Shown piece by piece: positions 10,967-20,244 of a stretch of 64,000 nt of DNA. Within the stretch, counting starts at the first letter, position 1; every line of letters begins with the position of its first letter. Below the pieces are notes generated by a model. The model was not told the DNA's origin. It saw only the letters and a program-made list of their open reading frames with translations, and did not search any database. The DNA is from Bacillota bacterium (GTDB lineage Bacteria > Bacillota > Sulfobacillia > UBA995): contig DATIKW010000018.1 in NCBI GenBank assembly GCA_035477115.1, positions 21,256 through 85,255 of the forward strand. Direction: 5' to 3'. The position numbers were made by a program, and so were the translations under genes.

Positions 10967-13051
10967 CTAGCGGCCACGCGGTCGGAACTCCACCCTTATC
11001 GGCGTACCCGGCTGGACGCTCACTCCGGGCTCCGGGTCTTGCTCCACGGCAAGCCCCGTGCCGCCGGCCTGCAAGCGGAGCCCTGCTTGGCCGAGGACCA
11101 GCCCGGCTTCCCGTATGGTCCGCCCCCGGACGTCAGGGACGGTGACCAGATCCAAGGCCGCAATCTGACCCAGTTTCAGCAGCACCTCGCTCCCCGGCAG
11201 GCTCCGCGTCCCGGGAGGGGGCACCTGATCGATGACCACCGGGCCGTCGCCCCGCCATACGGGTACCAGCCCGAGGACTGCGAGTTCGCCAGCGGCTTGT
11301 TCGGCCGCCAGGCCGGTCATTTGGGGGATGGTGACCAGGACGGGCCGCTCGGTTGCCGGTGCCGGCGCAATGCCGAGGTAACGGAATACATCCTCCATCA
11401 CCGCACGGAAGACGGGGGCCGCCACCTGGCTGCCCCATACCGACCCCACCGGCTCGTCAACGATGACGACAGCGGCAACCCGCGGATCGGAGGCCGGACC
11501 GAAACCAACGAAGGAGGCGATATGGTGTTCTTCGGAAACCCGGCCATCGATCACTTTCTGCGCCGTCCCCGTCTTGCCCGCCAACTCGTACCCTTCCCGA
11601 TAGGCAGGTCGGCCCGTCCCCCGGCTAACCGTGGCCTCCATGGCCCGGACCAGCTCCCGCGCCGTATCGGCCGACAGGACCTGCCGGCCTCCTTCCGTCC
11701 CCGCTCTCGGGGAGATGACCTCCCCCGAAGCCGGATCCACCAGTTCCCGGGCGATGTACGGCTCCGGCAGGCGGCCACCGTTGGCAATCGCCGCTATCGC
11801 CGTCACCAGTTGCAGGGGGGTGACGGTGAGGCTCTGGCCAAAGGACATCACCGCCAGATCCATGGGTCGCAGATCCGCCTGGCGGACGGCCAGGCCCCGC
11901 GCTTCCCCGGGCAGGTCAACCCCGGTGGGCGCGCCAAACCCGAGTGCCCGATGGAACTCGAAGAAGCGCTGGGCACCCAACCTCTGGCCAATCTGTACGA
12001 ACGCCACGTTGCAGGAGTTCTCGAGCGCCTCTGACAGGTCGATGCTGCCATGGCCTTCCCTCCGCCAGCACCGGATCCTCCCCCCGGGGACGGCAATCGA
12101 GCCCGGGCAGTAGAAGCGATCCTCCCAGCTCACCACCCCGGACTCCAGAGCGGCGGCCAGGGTGATCGGCTTGAAAGTCGAACCGGGCGGCTGGGCGAAT
12201 TCCACCCCGGGATTGCGGTATGCACTGTCGGGATAGTCGCGGAAGTGGTTCGGATCGTAACTCGGGTTGCTCGCCATGGCCAGGATGGCGCCCGTCCGCG
12301 GATCCATGACGATGATCGTGACCCGCAACGCTTGCCATTGTGTCCGCGCTCGTTCCGCCTCGCGTTCGGCTACATGCTGCACGAACTCATCAATCGTCAA
12401 GACCAGATCGTAGCCGGGGGTCGACGGGTGATAGCGTTGCTCGGTTTGCGGGAGTTCCCGCCCGCGACCGTCATACTCGATAATGATCTTCCCCGGCTGA
12501 CCGCGCAGGTAGCGGTCATAGTAGTACTCGATTCCCGCAAGTCCCTGGCCGTCAACCCCCGCGAAACCCAGGAGCTGCGCTCCCAGCCTGCCCTTGGGGT
12601 AGAAGCGCTGCGATTCCGGGGTGAAGGCAATGCCCGGCAAGTCCATTTCTCTCAGCCGGGCGGCTTCTTCGCTGCTTACCTTCCGTTTGATCCACACGAA
12701 AGCTTGCCGCCGTTCGAGCCGACTCCGGACTTCGTCGTAGTCCAGAGCAAGGACCTCCGCGAGACTCCGGGCAATCTCCGGCGCCTTCCCCGGGGGGATC
12801 TCCAGCGGCACGGCGTACACCGAGTCCACATCGACGCTGAACGCCAACTCGCGACCCATCCGATCGAGAATGGCGCCCCGGCGCGGCTCAACCGGGACCT
12901 CCCTCGTCCGCACGATGAAGGAGCGTTCGGCGAGTTCCGCACCCCGTACAACCTGGATCCACGCCAGGCGACCCATCAGTATCGCCTGACAGAGGACGAT
13001 CACCAGGAAAACCTGACGGATCCTTCGGCGAACCTGCTGCCTGGCAGTCAC
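10967..13051 (-). CDS. Class B penicillin-binding protein (FtsI/SpoVD-like) with two C-terminal PASTA domains
   Basis: N-terminal TM anchor and transpeptidase SXXK motif (STFKPITLAAALE). Two PASTA-like repeats lie near the C-terminus (VTIPQMTGL..., VTVPDVRGR...). The gene sits at the dcw position of pbpB/spoVD. Confidence 0.85.
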   Translation of the reverse strand: MTARQQVRRRIRQVFLVIVLCQAILMGRLAWIQVVRGAELAERSFIVRTREVPVEPRRGAILDRMGRELAFSVDVDSVYAVPLEIPPGKAPEIARSLAEVLALDYDEVRSRLERRQAFVWIKRKVSSEEAARLREMDLPGIAFTPESQRFYPKGRLGAQLLGFAGVDGQGLAGIEYYYDRYLRGQPGKIIIEYDGRGRELPQTEQRYHPSTPGYDLVLTIDEFVQHVAEREAERARTQWQALRVTIIVMDPRTGAILAMASNPSYDPNHFRDYPDSAYRNPGVEFAQPPGSTFKPITLAAALESGVVSWEDRFYCPGSIAVPGGRIRCWRREGHGSIDLSEALENSCNVAFVQIGQRLGAQRFFEFHRALGFGAPTGVDLPGEARGLAVRQADLRPMDLAVMSFGQSLTVTPLQLVTAIAAIANGGRLPEPYIARELVDPASGEVISPRAGTEGGRQVLSADTARELVRAMEATVSRGTGRPAYREGYELAGKTGTAQKVIDGRVSEEHHIASFVGFGPASDPRVAAVVIVDEPVGSVWGSQVAAPVFRAVMEDVFRYLGIAPAPATERPVLVTIPQMTGLAAEQAAGELAVLGLVPVWRGDGPVVIDQVPPPGTRSLPGSEVLLKLGQIAALDLVTVPDVRGRTIREAGLVLGQAGLRLQAGGTGLAVEQDPEPGVSVQPGTPIRVEFRPRGR

Positions 13052-13086
13052 AGCGTCGGGTCACCTCCCACCCGGGGCGCTCCCGA

Positions 13087-13632
13087 TTAGTCGCGCGTCG
13101 CGGCCTCGGCAGCCCGCCCGGCCAGCCAATCGAGGAAGATGTCCCACGCTCCCAGCATCGGCCGCGGATGTATGCCTTCGCCGGCGCCCAGGCGCCTCCC
13201 CGCGTCCTCCGCGAGCGACAGGGTGACGGTGCGACTCGGTTGATGGATCGGCGCCGGACTGTGCCGTATCGTCGCGGGAGCAGGCTGATCCACCCGCGAC
13301 AGGATCAGTCCCAGCCGCTCGCCGGCGACCGCCTCGATCCGCGCCACGGAGCGCAGGGAGGCCAACTCCAGCTTGAGTTCGCCTCCGGCCCGCTCCGCCC
13401 GCGCCAGGACATCTCTCGCCTGCACCAGTTCCGAGCCAGTGGCGATGATAGCTGTCTGCACGGCCATCCAGCCGGCGGCAACCAGGAGGGCCGCGGCCCA
13501 GAGCCGCAGCCAGGTCACCGCCCGCTCCCGGGCGCTGGGCCGCGGTCGCGGCCGGCTTCGCCCAGCCGCCTCGCTCGGTGCGGTCACGATTGGCTTGGCA
13601 AGCTGTTTGAGCTGGCGCTGGGGCATGCTCAT
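13087..13632 (-). CDS. ftsL: Cell division protein FtsL (septum formation initiator family) with C-terminal extension
   Basis: Between rsmH and the PBP. One TM helix (WLRLWAAALLVAAGWMAV) followed by a coiled-coil ELKLELASLRSVARIEAVAGERLGL. I trimmed the start to the MSMPQRQ methionine so it does not overlap rsmH. Confidence 0.65.
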   Translation of the reverse strand: MSMPQRQLKQLAKPIVTAPSEAAGRSRPRPRPSARERAVTWLRLWAAALLVAAGWMAVQTAIIATGSELVQARDVLARAERAGGELKLELASLRSVARIEAVAGERLGLILSRVDQPAPATIRHSPAPIHQPSRTVTLSLAEDAGRRLGAGEGIHPRPMLGAWDIFLDWLAGRAAEAATRD

Positions 13633-13634
13633 GG

Positions 13635-14585
13635 CTATTCCTCCCCCTTCAATGCGAGAACCAGGCGCTCTGCCACCCGCAGCCGCGCCGAGCGCGAACG
13701 GGGGTTGGCCGCGATCTCGGCGGGAGACGGGGCAAGATTGGCGATGGGCCGCAGCTTGGCTCGACCGCCCCCGCACATGCAGGCGGGGATCGCCGGCGGG
13801 CAGGTGCAGTCCCGCGCCAGGTCGCGCACGGTCTCTTTGACGATTCGGTCTTCCAGGGAATGAAAGGATATCACTCCGATCCGCCCGCCTGGCAGGATCA
13901 CATCCACCGCGGCCTCCAGTGCCGGCCGGATGCGCTCAAGTTCCCGGTTGACCGCGATCCGCAAGGCCTGGAAGGTCCGGCGGGCGGGGTGCGCCCCGTG
14001 GCGGCGCGCGGCCGGCGGGATGGACTCGCGAATGACTTCGGCCAACTCGAGGGTGCGGGTGAGCGGCCGGGCGGCGGTAATGGCCCTCGCGATGCGTTTG
14101 GCCCAGCGCTCCTCACCGTAGTCGCGGATGATTCGGGTCAGTTCGTCGGCGGAGGTACGATTCACCAGGTCGCCGGCCGTGGTGGGCTCGGCAGGATCCA
14201 TCCGCATATCGAGCGGCCCGTCTTCCCGGTAGCTGAAGCCTCTGGCCGGCGTGTCCAGTTGGTGAGACGAGGCGCCCAAATCGAACAGCACTCCATCCAC
14301 CTGGTCGATGCCCGCCCGGTGGAGCACCTCCCGCAGGCCGCCGAAGTCAGCATGGAATATCCGGGCACCCCACGGTGCCAGCCGGGCCGCAGCCGCCTGT
14401 ACTGCGTCGGGATCGCGGTCAATGCCGACAATCCGACCTCCCGGATGCGCCAGTTGGGCAATGGCCTCCAGATGGCCGCCCCCTCCGACGGTGCAATCCA
14501 AGTACTTGCCGCCCGGTCTGACCTGCAGGCAAGCCAGCACTTCCTCGAGCATTACCGGTCGATGGTCATACGCCACGGCCCCCAC
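13635..14585 (-). CDS. rsmH: 16S rRNA (cytosine1402-N4)-methyltransferase RsmH (MraW)
   Basis: HRPVMLEEVL...YLDCTVGGGGH and DLGASSHQLD SAM-methyltransferase motifs. Second gene of the dcw cluster. Confidence 0.9.
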   Translation of the reverse strand: MGAVAYDHRPVMLEEVLACLQVRPGGKYLDCTVGGGGHLEAIAQLAHPGGRIVGIDRDPDAVQAAAARLAPWGARIFHADFGGLREVLHRAGIDQVDGVLFDLGASSHQLDTPARGFSYREDGPLDMRMDPAEPTTAGDLVNRTSADELTRIIRDYGEERWAKRIARAITAARPLTRTLELAEVIRESIPPAARRHGAHPARRTFQALRIAVNRELERIRPALEAAVDVILPGGRIGVISFHSLEDRIVKETVRDLARDCTCPPAIPACMCGGGRAKLRPIANLAPSPAEIAANPRSRSARLRVAERLVLALKGEE

Positions 14586-14690
14586 CTCTCCGGGCCCACG
14601 CTCGACAATTCGACGAAAAGAGCGCGGTCGCAGCCGGGTTCACCACCTGCATCGGACGGAGGCGGCGACCGCGCGTCGGGGAGCCTGATC

Positions 14691-15116
14691 CTAAATCATC
14701 CCGAGTTGTTCGGCCAGTTTCTCGTAGTTGCCTGATCGCGCCAGCGTATATTCCTCCCACCGGGTCTGGGGCCAGATCTCCACCCGTTCGGACACCCCGA
14801 TGACCACCACCTCGCGTTCGATGCCGACCATCTGGCGCAGTTCCGGTGGGATGAGGACCCGCCCCTGGCGATCCACCTCCGCATCGGACGCGTTCGCGAA
14901 GAATACCCGCTTGAAGTCCCGCGCGTCAGCGCGCGCCAGCGGCAGGGCGGCCAGTTTGCCCTCGAGTTCTTGCCAGGCCGGCCGGGGGTAAAGGAAAATA
15001 CAGCCATCGAGGCCGCGAGTGAGGACGGAGTCATCCCCAAGGAGTTCCCGGAAGCGCGCGGGCACGGTAACCCGGCCCTTATCGTCGACGCTGTGGCGGT
15101 ACGTGCCCTTGAACAC
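14691..15116 (-). CDS. mraZ: Transcriptional regulator MraZ
   Basis: VFKGTYRHSVDDKGRVTVPARFRE matches the MraZ N-terminus. There are two DXXXR-like repeats. A GTG start at about 15116 is preceded by GGAGG. Confidence 0.85.
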   Translation of the reverse strand: MFKGTYRHSVDDKGRVTVPARFRELLGDDSVLTRGLDGCIFLYPRPAWQELEGKLAALPLARADARDFKRVFFANASDAEVDRQGRVLIPPELRQMVGIEREVVVIGVSERVEIWPQTRWEEYTLARSGNYEKLAEQLGMI

Positions 15117-15165
15117 CCGGCCGCCTCCCCCACTTGGCCCCATTTCTCCCCATCAGAGTACTCAC

Positions 15166-15195
15166 ATTCTACATCGGGCTCCGGGGGGAAAGCAA
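15166..15195 (-). promoter_or_regulatory. Putative sigma-A type promoter of the dcw cluster (Pmra)
   Basis: On the minus strand: TTGCTT - 18 nt - TAGAAT, about 50 nt upstream of the mraZ start. Seen directly in the sequence. Confidence 0.4.
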
Positions 15196-15332
15196 TAGCG
15201 AGAAAAGGGATTTCTGGTGGAAGTTCATCAGCACGAGAGCGGGCCGGCACCGGGATCCGGAACAAAGCGGGCCCCGGTCAACCGGGAGTTGGCCGGGGCG
15301 TCTATCTCCTCAGCAGTAAGGAAGCCCTCCGG

Positions 15333-15524
15333 TCAGCGGCAACTGACTACCAGAGGGCGCGGCAGCGAGTGCCGAATCGGCTCGCCGCACCGAGGACACT
15401 TGAACCCGGGCGACGGCCCGGGTTCATCGGTCAACCATCGCTCGGCCTCCCCCTCGACCAGTCGCGTCCCCTGGGTCCCACAGGCCAAGCAGACGAACTC
15501 CACGACCTTGATGCGATCCTCCAT
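15333..15524 (-). CDS. Small zinc-ribbon protein (CxxC...CxxC)
   Basis: 63 aa with two CxxC pairs (CLAC, CPRC). A GGAGG lies upstream. It sits between the lipoprotein gene and mraZ. Confidence 0.4.
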   Translation of the reverse strand: MEDRIKVVEFVCLACGTQGTRLVEGEAERWLTDEPGPSPGFKCPRCGEPIRHSLPRPLVVSCR

Positions 15525-15631
15525 AGCGATCAGGCCTCCCCCATCGCTCGGGCTTCAAGGGCCGTTGTTTCATCTATTCTCGCCCGTGGCCGGTTTGACC
15601 TGTCGGTCCGCCAGACTTTTCTCGCGCTCGA

Positions 15632-17062
15632 TCATCGGTCGAGATCCAGGGGGTAGTCGATGCTCACCGGGCGACCTGCCTCGAACCTGGACAGGTCGTC
15701 GAGGAAGGAGAACGGATAGGGCTCATCGGGTCGATGGTAAACCAGGCGCAGGGCTATCTCCCTGACCACCGGCCCGACGCCGGACTCGGCCGGCCCCAGG
15801 CGGACGACCAGGCTGTAGCTGACGAACACCCCTTCGTCCCACTCGCCCCTTAGTCCGAGCTGGGCATCGAGTTCGGGCAAGCGAACCCCGAGAAGGTCGG
15901 GGGCCAATCGAAACGCGGAACCGGCCCGGGCGAGTTCCGCCAGGTTGCCCCAGCGCCCCACGTCGAGGAGGTCCTGCCGGAGTTCGTCCCGACCGGGCAC
16001 GCCCGCGAGGTCGCCCCCCCCGACCTCCACCCAGGTTCCCTCCTGACCGGCAATCTCCTCGCGGATCCAGACGCGGTCGCCATCCCGATAGCCTTCAACG
16101 GTGACCGCCTCATCGCCCCGCATGTAGTAGGTCTGGTGGGGTCCGCGGTGACGCCCGGCGAAGACGGTCGCGCCTCCCCCCACGGGCGCGGGCGTGCTCA
16201 CGGGAAGCCAGGTCCAAGATGCGCTGGGTCCTGCCTCCCGCTCGAAGGTCAGCGTCTCCGCAGCCAGAGTACGCGCCACCGCATCGCGCAGTTCAGCGTC
16301 AGCCGGCGGGGCCGCTGCCAGGAAAAACGACATCCGATAGTCCTGCCCAAGCCTCAGCCCATCCGCGGACCGCGCCTCTCCGCCGAGGGTGACGGTGTAC
16401 TCCCCCTCCTGAGCATAGCCGCTCACGAAAAACAAAAACGAATCACCCTCATTAGTGATGACGCCGGTAAGCGCAGGGGCGAAACGTAGATGCTCCGCGA
16501 CCGACTCCCAGTCCATCGCCCGATCGAAGCGCAGGGCGACGAAGACCACTCCGGGAGACGGAAGACGCGGCTCCAGGTGATGGCTCACCACGCGGGGCGC
16601 CTGCCCCCCCGCTGGCGGCGGCGGCTTGTCGGCCGGCCGCCGCCCGTCCTCCTCGTGACGAGCTATAGCGCTCAGCGCCTCCGCCAGTGGGGCCGAGACG
16701 ACGCGGCGGCGACCTTCCAGTTGGGGGTGTTCGATCGTCAAGGTGGCGCCGGCCGACAAGGTGAGCGTCACGGGGGGAGGGGCAACTCCGAAGAAGACCA
16801 ACCGGGCCAAGCGCTCGCCCGGCTGGTCAAGCTCCCCCAGCCGGGCCTCACCATACAGGTCCAAGATCTCTGCCAGGTCGCCCAGATCCCCGGGGAACTC
16901 ATATACTCGGGCGGGCCCAGTCTCGTTTCCGAGGTAGAGATGCGCTCGCTGGATCTCGCGGACCTCGAGCCGCGGCAGCATGGGGGGTGCCCTGCGACAA
17001 CCGCTCGCCGCCGCGAGCCCGGCCAGGACCACCACCAACGCCCAACTCAATGGCCCACGCAT
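15632..17062 (-). CDS. Hypothetical secreted lipoprotein (about 476 aa)
   Basis: Signal peptide with a lipobox (LAGLAAASGC) starts at the internal methionine. No family is recognisable. The ORF track extends to 17290, but that upstream part overlaps the palindromic repeat. Confidence 0.5.
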   Translation of the reverse strand: MRGPLSWALVVVLAGLAAASGCRRAPPMLPRLEVREIQRAHLYLGNETGPARVYEFPGDLGDLAEILDLYGEARLGELDQPGERLARLVFFGVAPPPVTLTLSAGATLTIEHPQLEGRRRVVSAPLAEALSAIARHEEDGRRPADKPPPPAGGQAPRVVSHHLEPRLPSPGVVFVALRFDRAMDWESVAEHLRFAPALTGVITNEGDSFLFFVSGYAQEGEYTVTLGGEARSADGLRLGQDYRMSFFLAAAPPADAELRDAVARTLAAETLTFEREAGPSASWTWLPVSTPAPVGGGATVFAGRHRGPHQTYYMRGDEAVTVEGYRDGDRVWIREEIAGQEGTWVEVGGGDLAGVPGRDELRQDLLDVGRWGNLAELARAGSAFRLAPDLLGVRLPELDAQLGLRGEWDEGVFVSYSLVVRLGPAESGVGPVVREIALRLVYHRPDEPYPFSFLDDLSRFEAGRPVSIDYPLDLDR

Positions 17063-17103
17063 GGCCAGCACCTCCCCGGGTCTCCTCCGCAGAGCGGCCC
17101 TTG

Positions 17104-17130
17104 TAGGGGCGGGTTCCGAACCCGCCCCTA
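17104..17130. repeat. Perfect 27-bp palindrome TAGGGGCGGGTTCCGAACCCGCCCCTA (copy 1 of a repeat family)
   Basis: Exact inverted repeat seen directly in the sequence. It lies in the divergent intergenic region between the lipoprotein gene and the KBL-like gene. Confidence 0.9.
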
Positions 17131-17322
17131 TCCCCCGCCTGTTGCCCGGGTTACAAGATTCGGCCCGCGCCTGGCCATCCCTGCCCGACCCGGGCGCCGG
17201 CGACCAATGCGCGAATTCTTTTCCCGTCAGGTCGAGTGCCGGCAGGAAGTCACCCCTCCGGGGACGTATACTTCCGATGGCTGAGCACATAACTGTGCAC
17301 AGCGGGAGAAGGAGGCGAACCC

Positions 17323-18597
17323 TTGAACAACACGGCAGCGGCCATCCGGCAAGACGAACGCACCCTGGCCGACTTCTTTGCCTTGCCCGATCCGGACATT
17401 TTCGCGAAGACCCGGCCGTTTTTCCAGTTCTGCGAGGGAGTCCGGGAGCGCGGGCACTACCTCTACCGGCGCACCCTGATGGGGCCGAGCGCCAATCGCG
17501 TCACCATCTGGGACGAGGAGCGGGGATCCCCGCGCTCGATGGTGATGATGGCCTCCAACAACTACCTGGGCCTGACCACCCATCCGCGGGTCGTGGAGGC
17601 CGGCCTGGACGCCCAGCGCCGATACGGGGCCGGGTCGGGGAGCGTGTCGCTGCTTGCCGGCACCCTCGACCTGCACCGGCAACTCGAGGAACGTCTCGCG
17701 GCTTTCAAAAGCTGCGAGGACGCAGTGATCTTCCCCGCCGGCTATTCGGCCAATGTGGGCTGTGTGATGGGTCTGGCCCGCGAGGGCGACCTGGTGATCA
17801 ACGACATCCTGAATCACGCCAGCATCATCGATGGCTGCCGGCTCTCCGGCGCCGCCATCAAGACCTTCCCTCACTGCTCCGTCGAGGCCCTCGACAAGTT
17901 GCTGGCCCGCCAGGCCGGCAGCCACGCCGGCCGCCTGGTCATCGTCGACGGCGTGTTCAGCATGGATGGGGACATCGCTCCCCTGCCCCGGCTGATCGAG
18001 GTGTGCCGCAAGCACGGTGCCCGCCTCATGGTCGATGAAGCCCATGCCACCGGCGTGATCGGTCCCGGCGGACGGGGCACGCCCGCCCATCACGGCGTGG
18101 AGGGGCAGGTCGACCTGGTGGCCGGGACCCTGTCCAAGGCCCTGGGCGGCGTGGGCGGCTTCGTCGCTGCGACGCGCGAAGTCGTTCATTACCTGCGCTT
18201 CTATGCCCGCTCCTACATGTTCTCCACCGCCCTGCCGCCGGCCGTGGCCGGCTCGGTGCTGGCGGCGCTGGACGTGCTGGACGATGAGCCCGAACTCCTG
18301 CGGCAACTCTGGGATAACATCCGCTACCTGCAGGCCGGACTTCGAGGTCTGGGCTTCAATCTCGGCAACCAGGAAACCGCCATCTTCCCCTTGATCATCG
18401 GGGATGACGTACGGGTCAAGGAGATGGGCCGCCTGCTCCATGAGGCGGGCATCTATGCCAACCCGGTATTCTACCCGGCGGTGTCCCGGCGCCTGTCCCG
18501 GATCCGCCTGTCGCTCATGGCCACCCACACCCGGGAGGATCTCGACCTGACGCTGAGCGCCTGCGAGGAAGCCGGCCGCAAGCTGGGAATCATCTAG
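17323..18597 (+). CDS. PLP-dependent acyltransferase of the 8-amino-7-oxononanoate synthase / 2-amino-3-ketobutyrate CoA ligase family
   Basis: Class II aminotransferase fold with the PLP-lysine motif GTLSKALGGVGG. The N-terminal region matches the BioF/KBL/SPT family. Confidence 0.8.
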   Translation: MNNTAAAIRQDERTLADFFALPDPDIFAKTRPFFQFCEGVRERGHYLYRRTLMGPSANRVTIWDEERGSPRSMVMMASNNYLGLTTHPRVVEAGLDAQRRYGAGSGSVSLLAGTLDLHRQLEERLAAFKSCEDAVIFPAGYSANVGCVMGLAREGDLVINDILNHASIIDGCRLSGAAIKTFPHCSVEALDKLLARQAGSHAGRLVIVDGVFSMDGDIAPLPRLIEVCRKHGARLMVDEAHATGVIGPGGRGTPAHHGVEGQVDLVAGTLSKALGGVGGFVAATREVVHYLRFYARSYMFSTALPPAVAGSVLAALDVLDDEPELLRQLWDNIRYLQAGLRGLGFNLGNQETAIFPLIIGDDVRVKEMGRLLHEAGIYANPVFYPAVSRRLSRIRLSLMATHTREDLDLTLSACEEAGRKLGII

Positions 18598-18695
18598 GGC
18601 GCTTCACGGCAGCTTGATTGCCACTCCTCCGGCAGGGGCGGGGGGGGCGCCGGGCATGGTATAATCCTGCAGAGACGCCGGGGAGGGGCCGAGTG

Positions 18696-19142
18696 ATGGC
18701 AAACCGGGAAGCAGCAGGCCGCTTGTTCACGCCGGCTTTCGCCGACCTATGCGAAAAGCACGACGTGAAGCTTGCTGTCCTCTTCGGATCCCTGGTTACG
18801 GGCAAGGCATCGCTGAACAGTGATATGGATCTGGCCGTGCTCCTGGATACGAAGAACATGGTCGAAGGCAGTCGGGTCGGACGGGCAGCACGTTCGCTTC
18901 TCACGGACCTCATGCAGCTTGCCGGCACCTCAGCCATTGACCTGGTCATCCTGAATCGCGCGGACTCGCTGTTGCGTTTCGAGGTCGCGCGGACCGGCAA
19001 ACCTATCTACGAGTCGGCACCCGGCACATTCGCCGAGTTCTGTTCCCTGGCTCTGCGGCAGCATCAGGATTCACGCGTCTTCTACCGGGTAATGGACAGA
19101 TATCTGGAACGTGCGGTAAGGAAGGTGCCAGAGGGTGGTTAA
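18696..19142 (+). CDS. Nucleotidyltransferase-domain protein (MntA-type antitoxin)
   Basis: GS...D.D nucleotidyltransferase motif (LFGSLVTGKASLNSDMDLAVLLD). It directly overlaps the following HepT-like ORF. An extended -10 (TGgTATAAT) lies upstream. Confidence 0.7.
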   Translation: MANREAAGRLFTPAFADLCEKHDVKLAVLFGSLVTGKASLNSDMDLAVLLDTKNMVEGSRVGRAARSLLTDLMQLAGTSAIDLVILNRADSLLRFEVARTGKPIYESAPGTFAEFCSLALRQHQDSRVFYRVMDRYLERAVRKVPEGG

Positions 19143-19462
19143 CCCCCTGATCGTCAAACGCAAACTGGGCAGATTGACGGGGTATCTGGAAGAGCTGGAA
19201 TCGCTGAGCCTTGTCACCCTGGATGAATACTTGGCCGACCACCGCCAACGAAGGGCGGTCGAGCGACTCATTCAACTGGTCGTCGATGCGGCTGTGGACA
19301 TCAACACTCACATCGCCGTCGACTGGAGAGCGGAACATCATCGTCCACGAGTACGAGACCATAGACGATGCGATCGTGCACGAGAGCGTCGGACAGACCT
19401 TGGACCTGTACCGAAAGTATGTAGCTGCAGTACTCGAGTACCTCGAGCGGTTGCCAAAGTAG
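19135..19462 (+). pseudogene. Degraded HepT (DUF86/HEPN) toxin gene, frameshifted with an internal deletion
   Basis: The N-terminal HepT-like part (…RRAVERLIQLVVDAAVDINTHI…) is in one frame. The Rx4HxY catalytic motif (RNIIVHEY…) is in the +1 frame starting near 19330. About 30-40 aa that normally sit between these two parts are missing. Confidence 0.55.
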
Positions 19463-19482
19463 TCTGGCCTTGGCTCGCCATT

Positions 19483-20244
19483 TCAGCTGAACTCCGTCTC
19501 CACCACCCGCTGAAGCCCTGCGACTACGGCCTCGGCGAGGCGGCGTCCTATTTCCGCGCTGGCCCCCGCCGGGTCTGCGTAGCAGCCGGACGCCGGCCTG
19601 CCGCGTTCGGGCCATGGAAGGACGCGGTACGGGAATCTTTCGTAGTGACTCGGTCCAACCGGGGCTTCGCGTACGAGTTCCGGCCGCATGTAGAGCATCA
19701 GCGATGTCTCCGTCAATGCGGCATGCTCTGCCTCCCAGCCCGGCCACTTTGACCCGAAGAGTTCGTCGATCAGTCGGTCCGGCACAAACTCCCACCAATT
19801 CGCGAAGACGACCTTGCACGGGGACCCGTCCGGATGCTCCCGTCTGCATTCGTCGATGGCCAGCTCCGCGCCCTCCATGATGAACGCGACGCTCTCCATG
19901 TGGCCATTGACGAACATCACGTTGCGGAACCCCTGCCTGAATACGTCGGCGAGTACGTCGCGAGTCATGCCCAGGAGGGTTGCACCGTTAAGATTGATGG
20001 TCCCAGGATAGGCGCTGTTTAGTTTAGCGTAGGTGTACGTGATAGGGGGTGCGGCAATGAGTTTGCGCTGCGGCATGCTGGCCTGCAAGAGCCCGACGAA
20101 CCCCTGCGAGGTCAGCGTGTCGGTGGCGACAGGAAGGCGCGGCCCGTGTTGTTCAATTGAGCCGGAGGCGAAGACGAGTATGCCGTCACGAAGGCCGGCG
20201 ATCTCAGGCCATGTAAGGTGTTCCCAGGACAACTGGGGCATCAT
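19483..20244 (-). CDS. Creatininase-family amidohydrolase
   Basis: Creatinine amidohydrolase family signature (…GSIEQHGPRLPVATD…, metal-binding H/D/E pattern). About 253 aa. Confidence 0.7.
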   Translation of the reverse strand: MMPQLSWEHLTWPEIAGLRDGILVFASGSIEQHGPRLPVATDTLTSQGFVGLLQASMPQRKLIAAPPITYTYAKLNSAYPGTINLNGATLLGMTRDVLADVFRQGFRNVMFVNGHMESVAFIMEGAELAIDECRREHPDGSPCKVVFANWWEFVPDRLIDELFGSKWPGWEAEHAALTETSLMLYMRPELVREAPVGPSHYERFPYRVLPWPERGRPASGCYADPAGASAEIGRRLAEAVVAGLQRVVETEFS

